NCBI GenBank assembly: GCA_037190965.1
Contig: JBBCKI010000030.1
Location: 64,001 to 128,000, forward strand
Source of the DNA: Chthoniobacteraceae bacterium
GTDB taxonomy: Bacteria > Verrucomicrobiota > Verrucomicrobiia > Chthoniobacterales > Chthoniobacteraceae
DNA: 64,000 nucleotides
Reading direction: 5' to 3'
Shown one piece after another: positions 47,357-57,414 of this stretch. The notes beneath the pieces were generated by a model. It saw only the letters and a program-made list of their open reading frames with translations. It was not told the DNA's origin and ran no database searches. Numbering within the stretch: position 1 is the stretch's first letter; every line of letters starts with the position of its first letter. A program made the position numbers and the translations under genes.

Positions 47357-48469
47357 TCATCGAGGGTTTTCCCCCGGGGTGTTGAGGAGGCGATACCAGT
47401 TATCGCGGACGCGCGGTTCGTAGCCGGCTTGCGAAATCAGGACTTCGATCTCTTCCTTGGCGAGGCGGAAGCTCGTCCCGGCGCTGCTGACGACATTTTC
47501 CTCCATCATGACGGACCCGAAATCATTGGCTCCATAGTGAAGCGCGATCTGCCCGATCTTCGGCCCCTGTGTGACCCAGGAGCTTTGCACGTTCTCGAAG
47601 TTGTCGAGGTAGATCCGCGAAAGCGCCTGCATCCGCAGGTATTCCGCCGAGCCGACAGGGGTACCCTTCAGAACGGTATTCTCCGGCTGGAACGTCCAAC
47701 AGATGAACGCCGTAAAACCGCCGGAGCGGTCTTGTTGCACACGGAGTCGCTCCAGGTGTTCGAGCCGCTCGTCGATGGATTCCACGTGGCCGAACATCAT
47801 CGTCGCGCTGGAGTTGAGGCCGAGCCCGTGGGCGATATCCATTACCTCCAGCCATTGGTCGGAGTTGCATTTGAGCGGCGCGATCCGGTTGCGCACGCGA
47901 TCCACGAGAATCTCCCCGCCCCCGCCGGGGATGGAGCCAAGCCCGGCTTCCTTGAACTTCGCGATCACCTCGCGCAACGGCATCTTGAAGACCGTCGAGA
48001 AATGGTTGAACTCCGGCGGGCTGAAGCCGTGGATATTGATATGGGGGAACTTCTCCCGCATATGCGAGAGCATCCCAAGGTAAAAATCGATGCCCAGCTT
48101 GGGGTGGTGCCCTCCCTGCAGAAGCACCTGCACGCCGCCGATATCGGTCAACTCCTGCAACTTCTGGTCGAGTTGCTCCTGCGAAAGGACGTAGTGGTCC
48201 TCGTCTCGCTCCGTGCGATAGAACGCGCAGAACTTGCAGTAAACGTTGCAGACGTTGGTGTAGTTAACATTGCGATCGATGATGTAGGTGACGATCTCAT
48301 TGCCGCGACCGCCGAAAGCCGCGCCCCGGGCCAGTTTGCGGCGGGCGTTGGCAAGCTGCCCCAGCTCTTCCAGCGGGGCGTAGTAAAGCTCCTTTGCTTC
48401 GGCGGCGGTGATCCGCTCTCCAGCGAGAACTTTGTCGGCGATCGATTCGTCCAAACGGGGTGCGACCAT
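47357..48469 (-). CDS. mqnC: Cyclic dehypoxanthine futalosine synthase (radical SAM)
   Basis: DRNVNYTNVCNVYCKFCAFYR, SIPGGGGEIL, QSSWVTQG, GANDFGSVMMEENVV. Confidence 0.93.
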   Translation of the reverse strand: MVAPRLDESIADKVLAGERITAAEAKELYYAPLEELGQLANARRKLARGAAFGGRGNEIVTYIIDRNVNYTNVCNVYCKFCAFYRTERDEDHYVLSQEQLDQKLQELTDIGGVQVLLQGGHHPKLGIDFYLGMLSHMREKFPHINIHGFSPPEFNHFSTVFKMPLREVIAKFKEAGLGSIPGGGGEILVDRVRNRIAPLKCNSDQWLEVMDIAHGLGLNSSATMMFGHVESIDERLEHLERLRVQQDRSGGFTAFICWTFQPENTVLKGTPVGSAEYLRMQALSRIYLDNFENVQSSWVTQGPKIGQIALHYGANDFGSVMMEENVVSSAGTSFRLAKEEIEVLISQAGYEPRVRDNWYRLLNTPGENPR

Positions 48470-48504
48470 GGTGGTTGCGGGTTTAGCAGATGAGGCGACG
48501 GATG

Positions 48505-49521
48505 TCAGCGTTCTTTCAGTGAGGCGCAGATTTCCCCGATCAACGCGGGGCCCCGGTAGATGAACCCAGTGTAGAGCTGCACCAGCGCGGCTCCGGCATC
48601 GAGCTTCTCCAGCGCGGCGTCGGCGTCGAAGATACCGCCGACGGCAATGACCGGGAGCGGTGTCCGCGCGGTGATGAAGCGGACAATTTCCGTGGAGCGC
48701 GCGCGCAGAGGGCGCCCGCTGAGACCGCCGGTCTCGTCCTTCCCGGCAGGAACCGGGGAGTGGTCGAGCGTCGTGTTGGTGGCGATCAACCCGGCAAGAC
48801 CGTTCGCCGTGACCAGTTCGAGGATCTCTTCGATTTGGGCAAACTCCAGATCAGGCGCGATTTTGAGCAATAGCGGCTTCGGGGTCGGTTTCGCCCGGTT
48901 GGCCGCCTGCACCGCGCCGAGCAGTTCGGCAAGTTCCGCCTTTCCCTGAAGGGAGCGAAGCCCGGGGGTGTTTGGCGAACTGACGTTGAGCACGAAATAA
49001 TCGCCCAGGGCGAAAAGGCGTTCGAAAGAACGAAGGTAATCGCCGGTGGCCTCTTCCAGCGGCGTCACCTTCGATTTGCCGAGGTTGATCCCGACAGGAA
49101 TACTCGGCCAGAGCCCGGAGAGTTTTAGGCGCTCAAGCCGTTGCGCGACCGCCTCGGAACCGTCGTTATTGAACCCCATCCGGTTGATGAGCCCGCCAAT
49201 CTCCGGCACGCGAAAGATGCGCGGCTTCGGGTTGCCCGGTTGAGGCAACGCGGTGATCGTTCCCGCCTCGATAAACCCGAACCCGAGCGCCTGCCACGCC
49301 GGGAGCGCGACGCCATTTTTGTCGAACCCGGCGGCAAGCCCGACGGGATTCGGAAACCGAAGACCGAAGACCGTCCTGGCTAGTTTAGGATCGTGCGTGG
49401 GCCGGATCGGCAGCTTCGACAACACCCGCAAACCCGCCATCGCGGCATGATGGATCGTCTCCGCGTCGAAGCGGAACAGAAGGGGACGCAAAAGGTGATC
49501 GTAAATCGCAGACGGGATCAT
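48505..49521 (-). CDS. pyrD: Quinone-dependent dihydroorotate dehydrogenase
   Basis: NPVGLAAGFDKNG, INRMGFNN, NVSSPNTPGLR, KIAPDL, ATNTT, GGLSGRP. Confidence 0.97.
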   Translation of the reverse strand: MIPSAIYDHLLRPLLFRFDAETIHHAAMAGLRVLSKLPIRPTHDPKLARTVFGLRFPNPVGLAAGFDKNGVALPAWQALGFGFIEAGTITALPQPGNPKPRIFRVPEIGGLINRMGFNNDGSEAVAQRLERLKLSGLWPSIPVGINLGKSKVTPLEEATGDYLRSFERLFALGDYFVLNVSSPNTPGLRSLQGKAELAELLGAVQAANRAKPTPKPLLLKIAPDLEFAQIEEILELVTANGLAGLIATNTTLDHSPVPAGKDETGGLSGRPLRARSTEIVRFITARTPLPVIAVGGIFDADAALEKLDAGAALVQLYTGFIYRGPALIGEICASLKER

Positions 49522-49529
49522 CGGCTTCT

Positions 49530-49571
49530 TTCAACCCGAAAACCGAGGCTGGAGCGAGCGGAATTGTGCAA
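49530..49571 (-). promoter_or_regulatory. Conserved 42-bp upstream element (copy 1, before pyrD)
   Basis: 34/42 gapless identity to 61369-61410; ends 8 nt before the pyrD ATG. Confidence 0.6.
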
Positions 49572-49604
49572 GACCGCCCACGTAAAGGATGCGGGAGGGA
49601 AAGC

Positions 49605-49765
49605 TGGTGCGGCAGCACCGGTAGCACGCTCGCGCCGCCGAGCGCGGGATTCGGCTCCCGTCGCCTCCTGCAGGCCGCATCCCAACAGCAGCAGCCGTCC
49701 CGCGGGGATGAAGGCCAAACGTGCCTCGTACGCCCATCCCGCGCTCTCGGCGAGAGCGGTCTACC
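49605..49765 (+). repeat. REP-doublet element, family 1
   Basis: TGGTGCGGCAGCACC-GGTAGCACGCTCGCGCCGCCGAGCGCGGG ... CCCGCGCTCTCGGCGAGAGCGGTCTACC. Confidence 0.87.
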
Positions 49766-49795
49766 TAATGTCCTCCATGTTCCCGCCGCGAGGCG

Positions 49796-51646
49796 TTACT
49801 CCACCGTCACGCTCTTGGCGAGGTTGCGTGGTTTATCCACGTCGCAACCGAGCTTGACGGCAAAATGGTACGAGAGCAGTTGCAACGGCACCACCGTCAG
49901 GAGCGGCGAGAGGTAATCCGGGCAGCGCGGGATGTAGATCACATCATCGGCGACTTTCTCCAACTGCGTGCAGCCTTCGGTGCCGATGGCGATAACCGGG
50001 CCTTGGCGCGCCTTGACCTCCTCGATATTCGAGATGTTTTTCTCCAGAACGGAGTCATCAGGGGCGATGAAGACCGAAGGCAGCTCCGGACTGATGAGTG
50101 CAATGACGCCGTGCTTGAGCTCCGCGCTGGGGTGGCCCTCGGCGTGGATGTAGCTGATCTCCTTCATCTTGAGCGCCCCTTCCAGGGCGACCGGGTAGTT
50201 GAACTGCCGCCCCAGGAACATCATCGCCTTGGCGTAGGAATACTTCTCCGCAATCGCCTTGATCTTGTCGTTCTGCTTGAGAATGGAGCGGACCTTGTCC
50301 GGGATGGCTTCCAGCTCATGGAGCATCGTGATCCCTTCGGACGTGGAAAGATGGCGAATGCGGCCGAGCAGAATGCTCAACAACGTAAGCACGGTCACCT
50401 GCGAGGTGAACGACTTCGTGGCGGCGACGCCAATCTCCGGCCCGGCGTGCATGTAGACGCCGCCGTCGCTCTCGCGGCCGATGGTGCTCGCGACGTTATT
50501 GCAGATCCCAAGCGTCCGATGCCCCTTGCGCTGGCTCTCCCGCAACGCGGCGAGCGTGTCGGCGGTTTCACCGCTCTGGCTGATGGCAAGGACGAGGGTA
50601 TCCTTGTTCATCGGCATGTTCCGGTAGCGGAACTCGCTGGCAAACTCGACCTCGGTGGGCAGATGCGCGAGCGATTCGAGCAGGTACTCGCCCACCATCG
50701 CGGCGTGACAGGCGGTGCCGCAACCGGTCAGGACGATCCGCTCGATGTCGCGCAGTTCCTTGGGGGTCATCTCAAGGCCGCCCAGCTTTGCGGTGGCTTC
50801 CTGGTGCGAGAGCCGCCCGCGCATGGCGTTCTGGATCGAATCGGGCTGCTCGAAAATCTCCTTGAGCATGTAGTGAGGGTAATCCCCCTTGCTCGCCTCA
50901 TCCGCGTTGAAATCGACGGTGCTAACCACGAACCCGGAGGCATTCCCGCTCACCGAGCTGATCTCGAAATCTTCGCCGTCGAGGACCACGATGTCGTAGT
51001 CGTGAAGGTAAACCGCCTCCCGCGTGTGGCTCACGATGGCGCTCACGTCGCTCGCCAGGAAATTCTCGCCCTTGCCGATGCCGAGCACCAGCGGGCTGCC
51101 GCGCCGCGCGCCGACGAGCACACCGGGAAGATCCTGGTGCATGAGCGCGATGCCGTAAGTTCCCGTCACTTCCTTGAGCGCCTTGCGAAGGGCTTCGACC
51201 AGCCGCTTGCGGGAGGGCTCGCCCCCGAGGGCGTCGTAATGCTTGCCAACCCGGTGCGCCAGCACTTCGGAGTCGGTCTGCGAGAGAAATTGATGCCCTT
51301 GAGCGATCAGCTCTTCCTTGAGGGTCTGGTAGTTTTCGATGACCCCGTTGTGGACGAGCGCCAGTTTTCCGCTCCGGTCAAAATGCGGGTGCGCGTTTTC
51401 GTCGGTCACGCCCCCATGAGTCGCCCAGCGGGTGTGGGAAATCCCCTGCGAACCGTTGACCGGCTGCCGGTCCACGAGTTCCGCCAGGTTGGCAATGCGC
51501 CCCTTGCACTTCCTGACGGCCACATCGCCTCCGTTGAGGATTGCGATACCAGCCGAATCATACCCCCGGTATTCGAGCCTTCGCAGGCCCTCGAGCAGGA
51601 TGGGAGTTGCTTCCGATTTGCCAATGTAGCCGACAATTCCACACAT
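49796..51646 (-). CDS. glmS: Glutamine--fructose-6-phosphate aminotransferase
   Basis: MCGIVGY, LEYRGYDSAG, HTRWATHG, SQSGETADT, PRNLAKSVTVE. Confidence 0.98.
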   Translation of the reverse strand: MCGIVGYIGKSEATPILLEGLRRLEYRGYDSAGIAILNGGDVAVRKCKGRIANLAELVDRQPVNGSQGISHTRWATHGGVTDENAHPHFDRSGKLALVHNGVIENYQTLKEELIAQGHQFLSQTDSEVLAHRVGKHYDALGGEPSRKRLVEALRKALKEVTGTYGIALMHQDLPGVLVGARRGSPLVLGIGKGENFLASDVSAIVSHTREAVYLHDYDIVVLDGEDFEISSVSGNASGFVVSTVDFNADEASKGDYPHYMLKEIFEQPDSIQNAMRGRLSHQEATAKLGGLEMTPKELRDIERIVLTGCGTACHAAMVGEYLLESLAHLPTEVEFASEFRYRNMPMNKDTLVLAISQSGETADTLAALRESQRKGHRTLGICNNVASTIGRESDGGVYMHAGPEIGVAATKSFTSQVTVLTLLSILLGRIRHLSTSEGITMLHELEAIPDKVRSILKQNDKIKAIAEKYSYAKAMMFLGRQFNYPVALEGALKMKEISYIHAEGHPSAELKHGVIALISPELPSVFIAPDDSVLEKNISNIEEVKARQGPVIAIGTEGCTQLEKVADDVIYIPRCPDYLSPLLTVVPLQLLSYHFAVKLGCDVDKPRNLAKSVTVE

Positions 51647-51768
51647 ATTTTTTTGGATACTGACAATTTTTATTTAGCCGGGCAACATGATTGCCGTTCG
51701 AAGTTCGGAAGACACGTAACGTAACGCACCGCAATTGTATCCAAGGTACCAAGGCAATCAACGGCAAC

Positions 51769-53073
51769 ATGAACTCCACGAACCTCTCTTCTTTATCGGC
51801 TGCAGCTAATTCCACACTGGCAATCATCATGGGTGGTGGCGCCGGTTCCCGGCTCTTCCCTCTCACCAAAGACCGCTCCAAGCCCGCTGTCCCTCTCGGC
51901 GGCAAGTACCGCATCGTCGATATTCCGATCTCCAACTGCATCAACTCGGAGCTGAGGAACATCTACGTGCTGACGCAATTCAACAGCGTCTCGCTTCACC
52001 GCCACATTGCCAGCGCCTACAAGTTCGACCGGTTCTCCCGCTCCTTTGTGGAGATCCTCGCCGCGCAGCAGACCCCCTCGGGCTCGCACTGGTACCAGGG
52101 CACGGCCGACGCCGTCCGCCAGAATCTCCAGAACTTCCTGAGCCGCCCTTACGAATACTATCTCATTCTGAGTGGCGACCAGCTCTACAGAATGGATTTC
52201 CGAGACCTCCTGCGCCAGCACATCCAGGGGCACGCGGACATCACCATCGCCACGATCCCCGTGGATCGGTCCATCGCGCCGGACTTCGGCATCATGCACT
52301 CCGATGCCAACCGCAGGATCACCCGGTTTGTGGAAAAACCGACCGACCCGGCCACGCTGGATGAGTTGAAGATTCCCTCCACCCTGCTGGGCGAGCTTGG
52401 CCGCGACCCCGCCGCGGAGCTCTATCAGGCGTCGATGGGCATCTACATCTTCAACCGGAAAGCGCTGGAGGAAGCGCTTAACAATGATCTGGTCGACTTC
52501 GGCAAACACGTCATCCCCCGCTCCATCGAAGGCAAGAACGTCCAATCCTACATCTTTCAGGGGTACTGGGAGGATATCGGGACGATCCGCGCCTTTTTCG
52601 AAGCCAATCTGGCGTTGACCAACCCGCTGCCGCCTTTCTCGTTTTTCGACACCACCCACCCGATCTACACCCACGCCCGCTTCCTCCCCGCCAGCAAGAT
52701 CAACGGGGCGACGATCAAACAGGCGATCATCTCCGATGGGTGTGTCATTTCGGACGCCACCATCGAACGGGCCGTCGTCGGCATCCGTTCTTTTATCAAC
52801 AGCGGCACCACCGTCCGGCACTCGATTATCATGGGCTCGGACTTTTACGAAACCGATGTCCCCCACCAGCGCGAAAGCGGGATTCCGCTCGGGATCGGCC
52901 GCAATTGCGTGATCGACCGCGCGATCATCGACAAAAACGCCTGCATCGGAGACGGCGTGGTCATCACCGCGGAGGGAAAACCCGATTATTTCGACGGCCC
53001 GAACTTTCACGTCCGCGACGGCATCGTGATCATTCCCAAGAATGCCGTGATTCCGGATGGGACGTGGATCTGA
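51769..53073 (+). CDS. glgC: Glucose-1-phosphate adenylyltransferase
   Basis: GGGAGSRLFPLTKDRSKPAVP, WYQGTADAVRQN, LSGDQLYRMD, YWEDIGT. Confidence 0.97.
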   Translation: MNSTNLSSLSAAANSTLAIIMGGGAGSRLFPLTKDRSKPAVPLGGKYRIVDIPISNCINSELRNIYVLTQFNSVSLHRHIASAYKFDRFSRSFVEILAAQQTPSGSHWYQGTADAVRQNLQNFLSRPYEYYLILSGDQLYRMDFRDLLRQHIQGHADITIATIPVDRSIAPDFGIMHSDANRRITRFVEKPTDPATLDELKIPSTLLGELGRDPAAELYQASMGIYIFNRKALEEALNNDLVDFGKHVIPRSIEGKNVQSYIFQGYWEDIGTIRAFFEANLALTNPLPPFSFFDTTHPIYTHARFLPASKINGATIKQAIISDGCVISDATIERAVVGIRSFINSGTTVRHSIIMGSDFYETDVPHQRESGIPLGIGRNCVIDRAIIDKNACIGDGVVITAEGKPDYFDGPNFHVRDGIVIIPKNAVIPDGTWI

Positions 53074-53097
53074 TCCAACCCCCGTCCTGCCCAGAAC

Positions 53098-53544
53098 TCA
53101 GCGATACAGCGGGCTCGGCTCGGGCCAGAGCGTCTGGATCTCGGTCGGCAGAACGTTGCGGATCTTCTCGGGCTCCCCGGGAGAGAGATGATGGTTGAGC
53201 AGCTCGAAGACCGACCGCGTCAGCCGGATGGGGTCGATGTTCTCGGCCGAGACGATTTCATGGGTGATCCCGTCCAGAAACTCCTGCCGCGAACGGCCTC
53301 GCACGGGCACCGCCGCTGGCCGCCACCCTTCGTAAAAAAACCCGCGAATCAGGACCGGTAACTGGGCTCCGAAATGCGCGGCAACCTCCACCGTCAACCG
53401 ATCGCGCAACGCGTGCAGCACGGCCCGCAACGCCTGGAAGGCGGTGTGTTCATCAGACAGATGGGCAATCTCCTGCAATTCGTGCAACCACAGATGGGTC
53501 TTTTGCACGGTGGAATCAAAAACCTCCAAACCTGGTTGGCTCAT
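53098..53544 (-). CDS. DUF2267 domain protein
   Basis: FDSTVQKTHLWL, ALRAVLHALRDRL, AQLPVLIRGFFYEGW. Confidence 0.88.
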   Translation of the reverse strand: MSQPGLEVFDSTVQKTHLWLHELQEIAHLSDEHTAFQALRAVLHALRDRLTVEVAAHFGAQLPVLIRGFFYEGWRPAAVPVRGRSRQEFLDGITHEIVSAENIDPIRLTRSVFELLNHHLSPGEPEKIRNVLPTEIQTLWPEPSPLYR

Positions 53545-53595
53545 AACAACCTCCTTTTAAAGGAAACGGATGCGACCGGGGAAGAGAGGGGGCGA

Positions 53596-54084
53596 TTACC
53601 CTAAAAGAGCCGCCACTTCCATCTGGACCGACTCGATCTGGTCGAGCCGCAAACGGGGATCGGGAATGACGAAGACCTCTCCCGACGCCCGGTGTTCGTA
53701 GATGAGAAGGCGATTCCCCTCCTCTTCCTTGGTTTCGATCGGTTTGAGGAGTCGTTTGCGCTCCAGCATCAACGCGAGGATATAGCGGACGTTGGCGTGC
53801 TGGTCGCCGGGCTCCTCCATGAAGCGGCGCAGGAGATCCTCCGCCGTCTGCTTGCCGAGGGCCTCGGGAGCGGGCGGGGGCGGAACTTCATACTTCGATT
53901 TCCATGAAGAAAACGGGGTCTTGCTCGTATCGCGCGCCTGCCATGCCTCCTCGCTCAGGTCCTCACGGGAAAACCCGTCCTGTTCCCGAAAGAGCAGGGT
54001 GTGAAAAACCTCCCCGTCGGCGAACTGGCGCTCCGTGACCGAGCAGCGGTTGCCCCGGCTTTTGATTTCCCATTCGTTTGCCAT
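53596..54084 (-). CDS. Conserved hypothetical protein (PVC type)
   Basis: EWEIKSRGNRCSVT, RYILALMLERKRLLK; 162 aa; 17 nt downstream of the lptF/G gene. Confidence 0.8.
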   Translation of the reverse strand: MANEWEIKSRGNRCSVTERQFADGEVFHTLLFREQDGFSREDLSEEAWQARDTSKTPFSSWKSKYEVPPPPAPEALGKQTAEDLLRRFMEEPGDQHANVRYILALMLERKRLLKPIETKEEEGNRLLIYEHRASGEVFVIPDPRLRLDQIESVQMEVAALLG

Positions 54085-54101
54085 AAGAAAACCTCAAAAC
54101 C

Positions 54102-55256
54102 CTACCGAAAACCGAACAGCCGCCCCACTTTCGGGAAATCGCGGTTCGCCGACCGCAGATAAAGGAGGTAAATCCCGATCAACCCAAACGCGATATTGGA
54201 GCCCCAGGCGGCCACAAAGGGCGACACGAGCGAGCCCTTGCCAAAAGCCAGCATCAAGTAATTGAGGAAGGTGTTGGCGGCGAAGAGGAAAATCGCACCC
54301 GCGACCCCGGCGAGAACGCCACGGCGGGAATACACGATCCCGAGCGGCCCGGCGAGGAAGACGATCACCAGGCAGCTCCACGGAAGCGCCCAGCGGTATT
54401 GCAGGTGGGAACGATAGGGGGCGAGCTGGGCGTCCGGGAAATCGGCGTTATGCCTCAAATAATCGCGCAGGTCGGATACGGAAAGCCCCTGCGCATCCAC
54501 GTTGGAACTGGCGATGCGCCACGGCGTTTCGTTCCAGTCGGCGACTTCGAGCTTCTTCCAGATAGCCTCCGAAGCGACATCCCCATCGGCCTCGAAGTGC
54601 ACCGTCTTCCCTTCTTCCAACACCCATCTGGCCGGAGCCCCCTCCCTGGCCGGGCGGAACCGTGCCTGCCGGGCGTACCATTTGGTGGTGATGTTCGCCT
54701 CGGCATCCTGCTGGGTGATGTGAATCCCCTGCAAAACCGACTTGTCGTTGGCCCGCACCGGCATCTTGCGGACAAACCAGGTCCGGTTCGCGGAGCGGTT
54801 GCGGAAAAGCTGTGACTCCAGGAACGCGTTTTTCTCCTTTTTTTTCCCCAACTGTTCCAGAAGCACCTTTTTGCGCGACTCGGCGCGCGGCGCCATCGAG
54901 TAATTGAGCGCGAGGCAAACGAGACTGAGCAGCACTCCGAAGACGACCAGCGGCATGAGCAGCCGCCCCAGGCTCTGGCCCGCCGTGAGCATCGCGATGA
55001 TCTCGTTGGACCGCGACATCCGGCTCATCGCGTAAAGAAGCGCCAGCAAAAGCCCCACAGGAAGGCAGATGACGGCGAACTGAGGGAGTTGCGAAAGGTA
55101 AAAATTGACGATGAAGCGGGGCGAGGCATGCCCATCGATGAAATCGGAGGCGTTGCCCGAAAAATCGAATACAAGCCAGATCGCCAGGAACCCAAAGAAA
55201 CAGAGCAGGAAGGGAACCAGGAAATTGCGAAGGATGTATCGGTCCAGAAGGCGCAT
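54102..55256 (-). CDS. LPS export ABC permease LptF/LptG family
   Basis: MRLLDRYILRNF, MSRSNEIIAMLTAG, PFVAAWGSN; 3+3 TM segments with a periplasmic domain. Confidence 0.93.
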   Translation of the reverse strand: MRLLDRYILRNFLVPFLLCFFGFLAIWLVFDFSGNASDFIDGHASPRFIVNFYLSQLPQFAVICLPVGLLLALLYAMSRMSRSNEIIAMLTAGQSLGRLLMPLVVFGVLLSLVCLALNYSMAPRAESRKKVLLEQLGKKKEKNAFLESQLFRNRSANRTWFVRKMPVRANDKSVLQGIHITQQDAEANITTKWYARQARFRPAREGAPARWVLEEGKTVHFEADGDVASEAIWKKLEVADWNETPWRIASSNVDAQGLSVSDLRDYLRHNADFPDAQLAPYRSHLQYRWALPWSCLVIVFLAGPLGIVYSRRGVLAGVAGAIFLFAANTFLNYLMLAFGKGSLVSPFVAAWGSNIAFGLIGIYLLYLRSANRDFPKVGRLFGFR

Positions 55257-55364
55257 CGGCAAAATAGAAGAGGGAAGTATTTATCGCGGAAATGCCCTCG
55301 GGGGAAATGGAATCTTTCTGAGGTTGAATCCCGCTGGGGTTCGGGGGCAAAGTAGCCGTTTCCC

Positions 55365-57341
55365 ATGATCGCCCTTCGCGAAACCATTCAAGACGAGTTT
55401 GTCGAGCGCGTCCGGCAGATGTTCTCGCCGGACGGCCTGCTCGCGAAGGCGCGTAATTTCGAATACCGGAAGGAACAGCAGGAGATGGCCGTGGCGGTGG
55501 CCCGCTCGCTTTCCGAGGAGCGGCACCTTGTGGTGGAAGCCGGAACGGGCGTGGGCAAATCGCTCGCCTACCTGGTCCCCGCGATTCTCTACGCTCTGGA
55601 GCACAAGAAGAAAGCGGTCATCTCGACCTACACGATCAATCTCCAGGAGCAGCTGGTTTACAAAGACATTCCGATCCTCCAGAAGCTCCTCCCGGTGGAA
55701 TTTGAGGCGGCGCTCTGGAAGGGGCGGCAGAATTACCTCTGCTGGCGGCGGCTGGAGCGGGCGATGCACAGCCCGGGCGATCTATTCACCTCGCCGGAAC
55801 AGGAGGAACTCAAGCGCATCTGGGACTGGGCGCAGACCACCAAGGACGGCTCGCTGGCGGATTTTGCCGTGGAGCCCGACCCGGCGGTCTGGGCACAGGT
55901 ATGCAGCGAGCAGCACATCTGCACCGTAAAAAGCTGCGGCACCGAGAGCCGCTGTTTCTATCAGGCGGCGCGCAAGCGGCTGATCGGCGCGGATGTCGTG
56001 GTAATGAACCACACGCTCTTTTTCCTGAACGCGGGGGCGCTCGATGAAGACCAGCGCTCGGGGTATATTTTTTCCAACGATTTCGTCATCTTCGACGAAG
56101 CGCATACGCTGGAAGCGATCGCCGCCAAGCAGATCGGAATGAACGTCTCGCAGTTCGGGCTCAAGTACGTTCTCCAGCGGCTCTACAACGAACGGACAAA
56201 GAAGGGGCTCTTCACCGTCCTGCGCCATGCCGGAGGGGTGCGCGAAGTCGCCGTTCTCGCGGAGGAAACCGACAAGTTTTTCGAGCAGGTCTCCGACCGT
56301 GCCGTTTCCAGCAAAGGCCGCGAATTCCGGGTGCGCCAGCCCGATCTGGTGCCCGACACGCTCACCGCCCGGCTCGCGGAGCTTCAGACTCTGATCGTCT
56401 CCGTCCTCAAAACCGTGGAGGATGAAACGACGAAAGCCGAGTTGCAGGACATGGGCCGCCGCGTTCGCGAAGCGCGGCTCGGCATCGCCACGTTCCTCTC
56501 CCAAAGCCAGGACGATTACGTCTACTGGGTGGAGAAATCAGGCAAGACGAACCAGTTCTGCTCTCTCAACGCCGCCCCGGTCGATATTGCGGCGCATCTC
56601 CGCGCGATGCTTTTCCGGGAGAATCACTCCTGTGTGATGACCAGCGCCACGCTTTCGGTCGGGAACGAAGACCTCGACTACTTCCGCAGGCGAGTCGGCG
56701 CGGAGGAGGTCGATGCCGAGCAGGTTGGCAGCCCGTTCGACTACGCACGGCAGATGAAGCTCTATGTCACGCGGAAGATGCCAGACCCGCGCGACGCCGG
56801 TTACGAAGAAGCGCTGGCAGGCCAGATCGAAAAGTTCATCGACCTGAGCCAGGGCCGCGCCTTCGTGCTTTTTACCGCCTACCGGACGATGCAGTCGCTC
56901 GCCGAGCGGATGCGAAAGTCTTTTGACAAAAAGAAGTGGAACCTCCTCGTCCAGGGGCAAGGCATCTCGCGCCACCGGCTGGTGGAGGAGTTCAAGAAAG
57001 AGGGACGCAACGTGCTCTTCGGCACCGACAGCTTCTGGAGCGGCGTGGATGTCCCCGGAGAGGCGCTTTCCAACGTCATCATCACCCGGCTCCCGTTCGC
57101 GGTGCCCGATCACCCGCTCATCGAGGCGCGGCTGGAGGCGATCCAGGCCCAGGGAGGCGACCCGTTTTCGGAGTATTCGCTCCCCGAAGCGATCCTCAAG
57201 CTGCGCCAGGGCGTGGGTCGCTTGATCCGAACAAAGACCGATACCGGAATCGTCGTGATCCTCGACCCGAGGATTTTGACGAAGTCTTACGGCAACGCTT
57301 TTTTAAAGGCGATCCCGGAGTGTCCGTTGGAAGTGGAATAA
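55365..57341 (+). CDS. DinG/YoaA-family Fe-S DNA helicase
   Basis: [17 protein letters not shown] plus a Cys cluster, [28 protein letters not shown]. Confidence 0.95.
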   Translation: MIALRETIQDEFVERVRQMFSPDGLLAKARNFEYRKEQQEMAVAVARSLSEERHLVVEAGTGVGKSLAYLVPAILYALEHKKKAVISTYTINLQEQLVYKDIPILQKLLPVEFEAALWKGRQNYLCWRRLERAMHSPGDLFTSPEQEELKRIWDWAQTTKDGSLADFAVEPDPAVWAQVCSEQHICTVKSCGTESRCFYQAARKRLIGADVVVMNHTLFFLNAGALDEDQRSGYIFSNDFVIFDEAHTLEAIAAKQIGMNVSQFGLKYVLQRLYNERTKKGLFTVLRHAGGVREVAVLAEETDKFFEQVSDRAVSSKGREFRVRQPDLVPDTLTARLAELQTLIVSVLKTVEDETTKAELQDMGRRVREARLGIATFLSQSQDDYVYWVEKSGKTNQFCSLNAAPVDIAAHLRAMLFRENHSCVMTSATLSVGNEDLDYFRRRVGAEEVDAEQVGSPFDYARQMKLYVTRKMPDPRDAGYEEALAGQIEKFIDLSQGRAFVLFTAYRTMQSLAERMRKSFDKKKWNLLVQGQGISRHRLVEEFKKEGRNVLFGTDSFWSGVDVPGEALSNVIITRLPFAVPDHPLIEARLEAIQAQGGDPFSEYSLPEAILKLRQGVGRLIRTKTDTGIVVILDPRILTKSYGNAFLKAIPECPLEVE

Positions 57342-57414
57342 ATCGCACAGTTCACCCAGCGCCCTTCCCTTCAAAACACTTGACCCTCGCCAGAATCGCC
57401 CACTAAACAAAACC

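Noticed and set aside
51647..51768. glmS ribozyme upstream of glmS
   Set aside because: The divergent spacer is only ~120 bp and shows no recognisable ribozyme core.
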